From a virus (Duplodnaviria > Caudoviricetes): a stretch of DNA of 35,422 bases. The DNA lies in the IMG/VR virus record IMGVR_UViG_3300001398_000007, positions 1 to 35,422 of that record; one strand, given 5' to 3'. Under the pieces are notes generated by a model, which was not told the origin of the DNA, did not search any database, and worked only from the letters and a program-made list of their open reading frames with translations. Each line of letters starts with the position of its first letter. Position 1 is the first letter of the stretch. Both the position numbers and the translations under genes were made by a program. Below, in pieces: positions 16,283 through 24,691 of the stretch.

Positions 16283-17367
16283 TACCCGCCCTGCCTGTCT
16301 TGGCGAATACGACCACCGAGACCTGGATCTTCGTTCGTGACCGGCTCAGGAATGAACGCGTCCTTTCGGTCAAGCGAAAGCGTGGCGATCGATCCAGACG
16401 AAGAACTGAGGTGATACGACACCTCAGAGATGAGCCGTTCTTCGTTCAGGTTCAACCATGGTGCAACGACTTTTACGATCTGATTCGGTTGCCAGAGTTT
16501 TCCGTCGCTCTGTACCCAGCCCTGAACGGTCGCGGAAACCGGCTCACCCTTCGCGGCGCGGGATTTCGCTTCCCATTGCGCGCGCGTCATCGCTTCTTTT
16601 GTCGTCGCTCCGGTTTCGCAGAGCATGATTTTCGGCCTGTATCTTAAGACCCCTGCGTCCTTCGCGGTACCCATGACGAAAAAATCCTGGTCTGGATTCG
16701 TCTGGTTTTGAATCTGCGCGCCGAGCCCCTGACCCTTCACCTTATAAACCGAGAAGCGATCGATCCCGTCGTCTATGCGGTCGATGGTCAAAAGATTCTG
16801 TCCAAGAACGAGTGCCGTTGTCGCGCGATCGTGTCCAGGTCTGGTGATGAGAAGATTTCCAAGCCCATCGGTCGTAAGCAAGACGCCCTTTTTCCTGGCG
16901 AGTTTTTCGAGAAATTCAAACGCGCTTTCGCCGGTCTGAAGAGACGCGACTTCGATCACGCCGAGCGCAGCGACTTGAGCAATCACTTTAATTCCGAATT
17001 GCTTTGCGATCTGCGTGGCGATCGTCGGGAGGCTGATATTTATGAACTGACTTTTATTCAGGTCAACCGATGAGTCCACCATGTCACACGTTTTATCGCG
17101 CCCTGAAATGGCTATGCTTTTATCGGTCGCTGAAACAGACAGCTTCACCATGTCAACGAAGCCGGTGACGACTGGTTCGCCATTGACCAGAATCTGCGCT
17201 TCGTCGCCGCGCTTAATCGGCCATGACTTTTGATGCGCGCTCCACCGGTCGGTAATTGCAAGGTCAAAAGAACCAGAGAGCGACTTCAGTGATCGCCTTA
17301 CGTCACACTCTTTCCAGCCGCCGTAGATCTGGCCGTTTATTTTTGCCTCGACCTTTGAAAGAGACAT
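16282..17367 (-). CDS. baseplate hub protein (Mu gp44/gpP-like)
   Basis: YGGW, GRDKTCDMVDSS, GESAFEFLEKLAR, V.RYRP, VQGW...G.LWQPN motifs. Confidence 0.92.
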   Translation of the reverse strand: MSLSKVEAKINGQIYGGWKECDVRRSLKSLSGSFDLAITDRWSAHQKSWPIKRGDEAQILVNGEPVVTGFVDMVKLSVSATDKSIAISGRDKTCDMVDSSVDLNKSQFINISLPTIATQIAKQFGIKVIAQVAALGVIEVASLQTGESAFEFLEKLARKKGVLLTTDGLGNLLITRPGHDRATTALVLGQNLLTIDRIDDGIDRFSVYKVKGQGLGAQIQNQTNPDQDFFVMGTAKDAGVLRYRPKIMLCETGATTKEAMTRAQWEAKSRAAKGEPVSATVQGWVQSDGKLWQPNQIVKVVAPWLNLNEERLISEVSYHLSSSSGSIATLSLDRKDAFIPEPVTNEDPGLGGRIRQDRQGG

Positions 17368-18578
17368 CAGCCCTCCTCGGTCAGGAGGACTTCGACGGCT
17401 TTTCCTGCGGCGATAAATCCGGGCGTTCTAAGATTGTTTCGCGCGACGATGTCGAGTTCCTTTTCAACCGAGCCATATACCTCATAGGCTATGGTCAAGC
17501 TGGTCGAAGTTTCCTTCGGAACAACGCTCGAAACGATCGCGAGATTAGCCGCGTCGCCAGGAATGTGCGTCACCATCTGAACTTTTAAATCCCGAAGAGC
17601 TGCGTAAATTTCATCGCTCGTCGTCACGTCGCTTTCATTGTCGATTGCGTCGAGCATGAACTGACGGACAGCGGTCGCGTCGTTCGTGCTTTCGAAAGGA
17701 ATCTGGACCGCAGCCACCGCCGCTTCGGATAGAGCGAGGATTCTAACTGACGAATTTATCTGCTCTTGATTCGTTCGCTGCTGGTCTCTGGTCGCCGTGT
17801 CACCGACGATCGGAGCGTCGCCGTTTCCGTAAGTGACCAGACCGCCGCCGGCCTCAAACCCAGATCGCTTATTCGTTACAGCATCGAAGATCACTGAAAA
17901 GGAATTTTCGACCTGATCGAAAAGAGCGCCAGGTGTTCCGATTAGAACGTCGGCCTGACCCCGGAGCACTTGAATTTCCGCAGCCGCCGCTGCGCTCGAC
18001 GCCAGGATTCCACCCGAGTGATCCTGCATGGTTTCAAGCGCGCTCGACGTATCGCGGATCTTTGACGCTGCGGAATCTAGGATGAATTGCGGTTGCTGCG
18101 CGACCGAAAATGTCTGGGTGAATTCTTTATATTTTGCAGCAACGAGAGAATCGGCCGCAGCGCTAGTCGCGGAAAGTGCGTCAACCTTTGAGTCAGGGAA
18201 AAGCTCGGTTCCAGACTCGACGAATGAGAACGTAAATTTTACGAAGCCACCTTCTCGGGTGGTCTCCATGACAGAGAAGTCAAAACAGTTTACGATCTTC
18301 CGTCCAAAATACGGATGGATCAATTCACCAGCGCCGTCAGCTTCGGCGGCGTCCGTGAGCTTGTCACGGTTCGGCATGTAATCGGCGCCGACAAGGTAAG
18401 CCTCAACCGAATACTTTCGCCCCTTACGTCCGGTATCTTCGGTAAACGGATCGTTCCGCTGCGCGAATTCGTGCTGAATCCCGCGACGACCGCCGGAAAG
18501 AGTATGCGACTCGACCAGAAAAGGAATCCCACGGAAGCTTGCCGGTCTTAGATTTTTTTTCCATTGTGGGTCGGCCAT
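17367..18578 (-). CDS. DNA circularisation protein (Mu gp43/gpN-like)
   Basis: W...LRPASFRGIPF, GGRR...HEF, EDTGRK, GELIHPYFG motifs. Confidence 0.92.
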   Translation of the reverse strand: MADPQWKKNLRPASFRGIPFLVESHTLSGGRRGIQHEFAQRNDPFTEDTGRKGRKYSVEAYLVGADYMPNRDKLTDAAEADGAGELIHPYFGRKIVNCFDFSVMETTREGGFVKFTFSFVESGTELFPDSKVDALSATSAAADSLVAAKYKEFTQTFSVAQQPQFILDSAASKIRDTSSALETMQDHSGGILASSAAAAAEIQVLRGQADVLIGTPGALFDQVENSFSVIFDAVTNKRSGFEAGGGLVTYGNGDAPIVGDTATRDQQRTNQEQINSSVRILALSEAAVAAVQIPFESTNDATAVRQFMLDAIDNESDVTTSDEIYAALRDLKVQMVTHIPGDAANLAIVSSVVPKETSTSLTIAYEVYGSVEKELDIVARNNLRTPGFIAAGKAVEVLLTEEG

Positions 18579-18590
18579 TATCTTATTTCC

Positions 18591-20066
18591 TTAAAACTGA
18601 AATGCGTTCGCCATTCCTCGGGTCACGTCGATCGGTGCCTCCGCTTTTTCGGTGACGATGTTTACGCCCTTCGGGACGTTTTTAAAATCAACAGAAAGTT
18701 TATTTTCGGTGCGATTCAATCCGCTCGCGCCCTGTGTTCTAACCGTGTTTCCGGCAGAACCGGTTTGCGGCTGGTCTCCGGCGCGCGCCATGGCTTGCGT
18801 GTCGGCCTGGCTCATCGTTGTCCCAGGCGTGAAGAATGATCCGACCGAAGTCGCGATGTCTTTGATCTGCTGCCAGGTCCAAAGAAGTCCCTGCATGACT
18901 TTGTCCCAGTTCGCAATGGCGAGAACGATCGCGGCGACTCCGAGAATGATCCAACCGATCGGCGTCGTAAGAAGGGAAAGAGAGAGCGCCTGGACAGCGG
19001 TGATTAATCCCCAAACTGGACCGGCGAGCTTCGCGACGATCAAGCCCCAGGTGACGAACTTCACGCCGCCAGGCCCAAGGAATGAAATGATCGAATTAAA
19101 AACCGAACCGACAATCGCCATCACACCGATAAAACCCTGGAGCGCGCTCATCGCCGTCTTCAGCATCGAAGGAAGATTGACCGCAAATTGCTTTGCCCAG
19201 TCGAGGATCGCGCCTTTGTTTTCGTTGATCGTGACGAGAAGACCCTGAAACATATCGGTGAAAACCGGCATGATTTCGGCTCCGACCAAGTCGCGAAGTC
19301 GTGTCAGCGTGAGCGTGATAACTCCCCATGCCTTTTCAAATTTATCTGCGCGTTGAAGAGCTTCAGGACCGACGATCAAACCGGCGGCTTTCGCAGCGTT
19401 TACCGAGCCAGGAATATCCTTCAAGACCTCGACGAGTTTCGCGCCTTCTTTTCCGAAGAGCTGCATTGCGACTGCGTTCCGAAGCGCAGGGTTTTTAATC
19501 TTTTCCATCTCCGCGCCGGTACGAGCGAGGATCTGATCCATATTCATCGTCTTCAGGTCGTTAATCGAAAAACCAAAAGCCTGAAAGACGCCGACCGATT
19601 CCCCGACGCCCTTCTGCGCGTCACCGACGTTCTTGGAGAACTTATTCATGATCGGTCCAAGGTCATCGAGTTCGAAGCCAGCTTTCGCAGCCGCGTATTG
19701 AATCCCCTGGAAGACGGTCGTTGAAATTCCACTCTGCTGAGATATGTCGTTGATCGCCTGAAGCGAATTCCCTGCGCCGAGAACAAAATACCTGAACGCT
19801 CCCGCAGCCGCCAAACCGACGCCACCGAGAACCTTTCCGATGTCGAGGAACGCGCTCATTAGGTGGCCGGTTGCTTTTCCGACCTCGGTAATCTGCTCGC
19901 CGATTCTACTCGCGCCTGATTCGCGTCCAAGGTTTGCGAATGCCTCGCCGACATCGCGGAAAGGTTTGGTGAGCTTCGCGACGCGCTGATTGATCTCCAT
20001 CACCTTGTAAGTGAGGTTATCGACCGCTCCAATTACGAATGAGAGTCTAAACTCGCGTCCGCTCAA
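18591..20066 (-). CDS. tape measure protein
   Basis: AAGGA RBS with TTG start; AVDNLT N-terminus; AMQLFGKEG; Ala/Gly-rich helical sequence; position after the chaperone. Confidence 0.85.
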   Translation of the reverse strand: MSGREFRLSFVIGAVDNLTYKVMEINQRVAKLTKPFRDVGEAFANLGRESGASRIGEQITEVGKATGHLMSAFLDIGKVLGGVGLAAAGAFRYFVLGAGNSLQAINDISQQSGISTTVFQGIQYAAAKAGFELDDLGPIMNKFSKNVGDAQKGVGESVGVFQAFGFSINDLKTMNMDQILARTGAEMEKIKNPALRNAVAMQLFGKEGAKLVEVLKDIPGSVNAAKAAGLIVGPEALQRADKFEKAWGVITLTLTRLRDLVGAEIMPVFTDMFQGLLVTINENKGAILDWAKQFAVNLPSMLKTAMSALQGFIGVMAIVGSVFNSIISFLGPGGVKFVTWGLIVAKLAGPVWGLITAVQALSLSLLTTPIGWIILGVAAIVLAIANWDKVMQGLLWTWQQIKDIATSVGSFFTPGTTMSQADTQAMARAGDQPQTGSAGNTVRTQGASGLNRTENKLSVDFKNVPKGVNIVTEKAEAPIDVTRGMANAFQF

Positions 20067-20236
20067 GTAATTCCTTTCGCGCCTTTCGCTTGTTCATTCA
20101 CGAACCACTCAACCCTCTTGAACCAGAACCTTACTTCTTCGCCTTCCATTTCAAGAATCTCTGCCGGTCCGAAATGAAATATCCCCGCAAGAGCCGCTAT
20201 TGCGTCGCGCCAGTCTTTTGGGAATTCGGCAAAAAA
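20063..20236 (-). CDS. -1 frameshift extension of the tail assembly chaperone (P2 gpE+E'-like)
   Basis: Slippery TTTTTTG at 20236-20230. The -1 frame reads FAEFPKDWRDAIAALAGIFHFGPAEILEMEGEEVRFW...*, and its stop overlaps the TMP start. Confidence 0.85.
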   Translation of the reverse strand, partial: FFAEFPKDWRDAIAALAGIFHFGPAEILEMEGEEVRFWFKRVEWFVNEQAKGAKGIT

Positions 20237-20478
20237 TCTTGGACCACTCCAACGATTTCCATAACGTCTTCAGCGTCCATCTCGTCGATCGTGCTCGGTG
20301 GCACGCCGCCGATTCGAGCGGCCAGATCGAGAATGTCACTCGTTGCCGGTTCAGGTGGAAGGAGCCGAAGATCCTTTCCTTTCGGGCGACGGAATTTAAT
20401 CTCGGTGATCTGCTCGGAGCCGACGTTGAATGGGTGCTTGAGAGTTATGGTCTTTACGATTTTCGGTGCTTCACTCAT
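20197..20478 (-). CDS. tail assembly chaperone (Mu gp41/P2 gpE-like)
   Basis: ITLKHP, RRPKGKDL, IDEMDAED motifs; AAGGA RBS. Confidence 0.9.
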   Translation of the reverse strand: MSEAPKIVKTITLKHPFNVGSEQITEIKFRRPKGKDLRLLPPEPATSDILDLAARIGGVPPSTIDEMDAEDVMEIVGVVQDFLPNSQKTGATQ

Positions 20479-20498
20479 GGGTGCTTCCTTTAGTTTTG

Positions 20499-20580
20499 GG
20501 TGCGCTCTCTAGGTATGGGACCGCAGAGAGCGCACCTTTGTCGCTTAGAAAGCCGCGCACATTCCCCGTGCGCGCAGGCT
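20499..20580. other. two intergenic hairpins between tube and chaperone genes
   Basis: GGTGCGCTCTCT/AGAGAGCGCACC (12 bp, 20499-20536) and GCGCAC-N7-GTGCGC. Confidence 0.55.
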
Positions 20581-20583
20581 AAC

Positions 20584-20946
20584 TTAGCGAACTTCTTCGA
20601 TGCTTGTTCCTTCGAACCGCACCGCTATGTTTCCTTCTTCGCTTCCCGTCACGCCGTCTCCGGCATACCAGGCACCTCGAAGAACGATGACTTTTCCGTT
20701 CGCGAGTTCAAGCGTCACCGTTGCGTCGGTAAGCTTGATCAATGATTTTGCGTCGAGATCGATCGAGTCGGTGATTTCACCCTCGATGTACGGAATGACC
20801 GGCAATTCTTTATAGCCGTGAATCCCGTCAGATCCGACGATCCCTTCTTTTTTCGAGTCGAGTAAAGAGTAAGTAAACTCACCCTTCGCCGAAAGCTGCG
20901 CGCCGTCGACTTTGACGAATACAATTCCGCCTCTACGTTGTCCCAT
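20584..20946 (-). CDS. tail tube protein (Mu gpM-like)
   Basis: G...VKVDG, G.DG.HGYKE, PYIEGEI, ELANGK motifs. Confidence 0.92.
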   Translation of the reverse strand: MGQRRGGIVFVKVDGAQLSAKGEFTYSLLDSKKEGIVGSDGIHGYKELPVIPYIEGEITDSIDLDAKSLIKLTDATVTLELANGKVIVLRGAWYAGDGVTGSEEGNIAVRFEGTSIEEVR

Positions 20947-20959
20947 TTAAATTTCCCCC

Positions 20960-22429
20960 TTAGAGAATGAAGGCGAAGCGCGCGGCTCCGACGACGAGTT
21001 GATTCATCAAGTTCGGTGCCAGCAAGAAGTCCAACCGATTCACATCGGTGATGTTCCGCTCGACGATGAGCGCAGCCTTGAACCCGTCGAGATCTTCGAC
21101 GAGCCCGAGCTCCATCCAGCCTTGGTAAAGCGCGATACATTCGGCTTTCCCGACCTTCGGAGTGATGACCGCTTGTCCCGGAGGCACCCGATAGGTGTCG
21201 TCGGCGAGCTTGTGGCGCGGGTATTTCCGCATGAAGTATGCCCTGAAATCGTACCGAATGTACGAGTTCGTCAGGATCGTATTCACATCGAGATACGACG
21301 GATCTGGCGCACCGAGAGGGTTCTCTTGGTACATCGTGATCGCCCGTTCGATCCGAACCTTACCGCCGGAGTCAACATAGCTGGTCGCGATCCCGGCGAA
21401 GAGGAGAAGATTCCGCTCTTGCATCGTGAACCGATCGGCCAACGCCGGAGGAATCGCACCGAGTTGCTCGAGAGTTTGGAACGGACGAGCCGGGTCGATA
21501 TTCCCGTAGAAGGCGATGAGAGCGGCCTTCCCTGCGGCGAATTCGTAAGGGCTGTCCGGGTGAAGATACATTCCGAAGCAGGTCACGAACGGCGAATTCC
21601 GGGTCGCGCCGTAAGTCAGGAGCGTTCCGTGCGCGGCTTGCTTTGCCGTGATCGCGAGACCGTCGAGAGGACGGCTTGGTCCCCACCGATCGGTCAGTTC
21701 GGTTTCGATCGCGGTAAGCGACACGGTGTCGTTATACGCGCAAGCGATGATGTTGTACTGCTCATCACCCATCGCGGAGATCGCCGAGGTCAGAACCGGG
21801 TTCAGCGTTCCGCTCGAAAGCTGCGTCACGACGCAGGTGATTCCGGCAGGAAGAGCTTCTCCGTCGTTCATGTTCAGGCGAACGTCGACTTCATTTCCGC
21901 AAAGACCCTTATGCTTGAAAAGGATCGGCGCGGTCGAAGTCGAGATCGTTCCGGCTTCGACTGGGTAAGTGCTTTCGGCGTTGATCGCCGCGATCACCGC
22001 TGCGGCCACGTCTGCGGCAGCGTCGCCGCTCGCGACTGGAACTGAAAGCGTCCGACCATTCGCGTAGAGGTTGATCGCTCCGGCAGCGGTGGCAGAACCA
22101 CCGAACTCAAGCGAGCCAGCGGCCTTCGTTCCAGAGCCGTTGTCGGCTTGTGGAATTACCGTCAGTCCGGTTTGCTTATTGTTTTTGAACCATCGGTCGC
22201 ACATATGCGAGAGCATCGAACCAGAACCGAAGAGCGTCTCGGCTTGCTTTGCCGAAGTCACCGTCACCGGCAGAGCGGCTGTCGCGGTTCCGGTTGAAAG
22301 CATTTGACCGAGCATCAGAGCCTTATACGCTTGGAGCGTCGGCCCTTTCACCGCTGCAGTGTTGTCGAATTCAACGAAAAAGAACGGGGTTCGATTCGCG
22401 GCTGGAACTTGATTAAACGAAATACCCAT
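20960..22429 (-). CDS. tail sheath protein (Mu gpL-like)
   Basis: ISFNQVP..RTP.FFVEFDN, FGSGSML, DPARPFQTL, ERN.LL..GIAT, KYPRHKLADD motifs. Confidence 0.96.
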   Translation of the reverse strand: MGISFNQVPAANRTPFFFVEFDNTAAVKGPTLQAYKALMLGQMLSTGTATAALPVTVTSAKQAETLFGSGSMLSHMCDRWFKNNKQTGLTVIPQADNGSGTKAAGSLEFGGSATAAGAINLYANGRTLSVPVASGDAAADVAAAVIAAINAESTYPVEAGTISTSTAPILFKHKGLCGNEVDVRLNMNDGEALPAGITCVVTQLSSGTLNPVLTSAISAMGDEQYNIIACAYNDTVSLTAIETELTDRWGPSRPLDGLAITAKQAAHGTLLTYGATRNSPFVTCFGMYLHPDSPYEFAAGKAALIAFYGNIDPARPFQTLEQLGAIPPALADRFTMQERNLLLFAGIATSYVDSGGKVRIERAITMYQENPLGAPDPSYLDVNTILTNSYIRYDFRAYFMRKYPRHKLADDTYRVPPGQAVITPKVGKAECIALYQGWMELGLVEDLDGFKAALIVERNITDVNRLDFLLAPNLMNQLVVGAARFAFIL

Positions 22430-22432
22430 GAT

Positions 22433-22672
22433 TTATTTCTCCTCTTTTTCGGAATCCTGTACCGGCTTGTCGGCTTTTGGTTGAATTGGTTTGAGCTTTT
22501 TTTGCTCGGGAACCGGAGAGATTTCCGGTTCTTTTTCGACCACATCACCGGATTGAATCCGACGATGCCAATAGGTCGTAATCATGTTCACTTTAATTCC
22601 GTCAGGTCCAACGATTCGCTTTGAGTCTGGACAGAGAACCGTTCGGCCTGGGCATGGAACAAGAATTTTCAT
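22433..22672 (-). CDS. DUF2635 protein (Mu gp38-like)
   Basis: P.PGR.V.CP...G..V...YWHRRIQSGDV; located just before the sheath gene. Confidence 0.85.
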   Translation of the reverse strand: MKILVPCPGRTVLCPDSKRIVGPDGIKVNMITTYWHRRIQSGDVVEKEPEISPVPEQKKLKPIQPKADKPVQDSEKEEK

Positions 22673-22685
22673 AAACCGATTTTCC

Positions 22686-23255
22686 TTATGTTTGCGCCGG
22701 TTTGATGTCATCGACGATCTTAGGCGTATCCGTTAAGCCCGGTGCCGGTTTCATCTCGGTATGAGCCGTCACAAAATCGTCAAGACCTGCGCTCGCTTCA
22801 TCTCCGGGTGCGAAAGTGAAATAGGTAATTACCCAAGTCATTCTCGCGAGCGCTTGCACGCTCCGGCCATCCACGTCCAATTCAATTTCAGTGTCTCCGA
22901 GGACAGTATCAGAAACAACATCGTCAAGCGTCTCATTCACAAAAAGAGCTTTTTCGATCTTCCGCGTCAGGAGGTCGATCGTGTCGTCTGCGGCGTCGTC
23001 GGCCTTGACGTAAACGTCCAAGAAAAGATTCAGGGTCCGCTTATATTCGCGCGGCGCGACATTGAAGATTTCAGCCGACTCGTTCTTCGTGTAAATGTTC
23101 GCCGCTGGCATCTCGACTTCCCACATCGGCTTCATGCGGTTCTCGAAGACCCGACCAAGAGCCGGATCCGAAACGCCGCCAAACTCTGAGACCGCAGCTT
23201 TGATGATCGAGAGGACTTTCGTGCGGATGTCTTTCCGATTCGTTTGCTCAGCCAT
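22686..23255 (-). CDS. tail terminator/completion protein
   Basis: Position between head-tail joining and sheath genes; RVFENR..P.....PA.NIY pattern. Confidence 0.7.
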   Translation of the reverse strand: MAEQTNRKDIRTKVLSIIKAAVSEFGGVSDPALGRVFENRMKPMWEVEMPAANIYTKNESAEIFNVAPREYKRTLNLFLDVYVKADDAADDTIDLLTRKIEKALFVNETLDDVVSDTVLGDTEIELDVDGRSVQALARMTWVITYFTFAPGDEASAGLDDFVTAHTEMKPAPGLTDTPKIVDDIKPAQT

Positions 23256-23583
23256 CGTCGATCTCGTTCATGATGATGACGGCCCCTGCTTCGCCGTCAG
23301 GGCGATATTCGTCGACGGTATAGGTAATCGCACCGACCTGGATGCGATCGCCTGGGCCTGGGGTAATCGACGCAGCGACGAGGTCGGCCACGCGCACGCC
23401 CATCTGTGGGCCGATCGACTGAACCGGAGCTGAGTCAATGATCTGGACGGTCACGAAAGCGGCGTCGAAAATACCCTTCATTGAGACGCCAGAGCCGACC
23501 TTTGGCAGATAGGTGAACGGAGTCGTGAACGTGTCACGACAAGTCTTCATCACCCCATCAGTCATTTTCTGCCATCGACCCAT
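23248..23583 (-). CDS. head-tail joining protein (gpFII-like)
   Basis: GIFD, P.GD.I.V...Y.V..RPDG motifs; gene position. Confidence 0.75.
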   Translation of the reverse strand: MGRWQKMTDGVMKTCRDTFTTPFTYLPKVGSGVSMKGIFDAAFVTVQIIDSAPVQSIGPQMGVRVADLVAASITPGPGDRIQVGAITYTVDEYRPDGEAGAVIIMNEIDDG

Positions 23584-23598
23584 TCAATTCCCTTAAGT

Positions 23599-23632
23599 AA
23601 AAACGGGGAGGCGGGCGAAACCCACCCCCCCG
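23599..23632 (-). terminator. intrinsic terminator after head genes
   Basis: GC-rich stem-loop followed by TTTTT on the minus strand. Confidence 0.7.
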
Positions 23633-23655
23633 AGAATTATTTCAACGACCGAAAA

Positions 23656-24003
23656 TTAAGCGGTCGTATCTCTCGTGAACGCATGGAGCTTTGCGACGAC
23701 GGTCGTCGCTGAGCTGCCGGCGGTCTCCATCGAGATTGCGACCGGCTTGTTCGTCGAAGCGGTTTCGGTGAGCTTTTTCCCAGAGTCGTCCCAGAAAAGA
23801 ATCTGACCTGGGTCGAACGTGTCCGAGGTTGTTTTCGGAAGGGTAAAAACGCCTTCGATCGCCATCGGGAAACCGGTGTCCCCGTTGGCTCCGTCCTTCA
23901 CAGCCACACCGAGGATGTCGCCGATTAGGAGTGGAGCTCCAGAAACGATGTCTGCCCCGAGGGTGATCTCAATCTCTTTTCCATTCGAAATATAGTTCTT
24001 CAT
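23656..24003 (-). CDS. DUF2190 capsid cement/decoration protein
   Basis: MKNYISNG..I, GVA..D, EGVFTLPK, G..LFWD motifs. Confidence 0.88.
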   Translation of the reverse strand: MKNYISNGKEIEITLGADIVSGAPLLIGDILGVAVKDGANGDTGFPMAIEGVFTLPKTTSDTFDPGQILFWDDSGKKLTETASTNKPVAISMETAGSSATTVVAKLHAFTRDTTA

Positions 24004-24037
24004 CTAGACCCTTTCTTTTCCTCGTCAGAGGATTTTC

Positions 24038-24607
24038 TTAGCTCGACGCTTGGAGACCGGCGGCCTTAAGGGCGGCGATCTCGGCGTTGAATGCGGTTTG
24101 AAGTTCTTTCAGCGCGAGATTCGTGCTGAGCGCGAGAGCGGCGACAGCGGTATCCACGTCGGACGCCGCAGGTGTCATAGTTCCACCGCAAGCTGCGGCA
24201 GCGACATCAACCATCGTTCCGGCCACGGTTCCCGTAAGGGTGCCACCCAGAGCAGCGACGTTCGCCGCTTGAGTAAGATTTCCCGGTTCGGTATCACCGA
24301 GGGCGATGAGCTTCACCTGAACGAGATTGCTCGCGGCCGCTTTCATCGCGACACCCATCAGAGTGTTCGTGCTTCCGGTCGCCGTTGCGGCTGAACCATT
24401 CCAGTAAACTCGCGCGCCTTGCGCGATTGCGCCGGTCGAGACGACTTCGAAGACGCCTTCGAGTTCAATCGGGATAATGTCTCCAGATACGCCGCTCTTC
24501 GTGGCGATCCCGCATCCGATTCCGGCAATCGCAACCACGTCACCGGCTGTGATCGTTCCACCTGCGACGTAGTCCATCACTTTTCCAGGGTGTATAAAGT
24601 TTCTCAT
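24038..24607 (-). CDS. DUF2190 protein with C-terminal head-fibre-like extension
   Basis: MRNFIHPG, EGVF, GARVYWN motifs; tail QAANVAAL...FNAEIAALKAAGL. Confidence 0.85.
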   Translation of the reverse strand: MRNFIHPGKVMDYVAGGTITAGDVVAIAGIGCGIATKSGVSGDIIPIELEGVFEVVSTGAIAQGARVYWNGSAATATGSTNTLMGVAMKAAASNLVQVKLIALGDTEPGNLTQAANVAALGGTLTGTVAGTMVDVAAAACGGTMTPAASDVDTAVAALALSTNLALKELQTAFNAEIAALKAAGLQASS

Positions 24608-24636
24608 TTTTTCGTCTTTCTGTGAGGTGGTTTTCT

Positions 24637-24673
24637 AAAAATTGGCGCTGATGGATATTACCCATCAGCGCCA
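24637..24673 (-). terminator. hairpin/terminator after the major capsid gene
   Basis: Perfect 12-bp stem TGGCGCTGATGG/CCATCAGCGCCA followed by a T run on the minus strand. Confidence 0.65.
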
Positions 24674-24691
24674 CTAGGTTTCTTTTTCTAA

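Noticed and set aside
20999-22045. 348-aa plus-strand ORF and similar antisense ORFs across the structural region
   Set aside because: These are shadow frames of well-conserved minus-strand genes, expected in GC-rich DNA with biased codon use.
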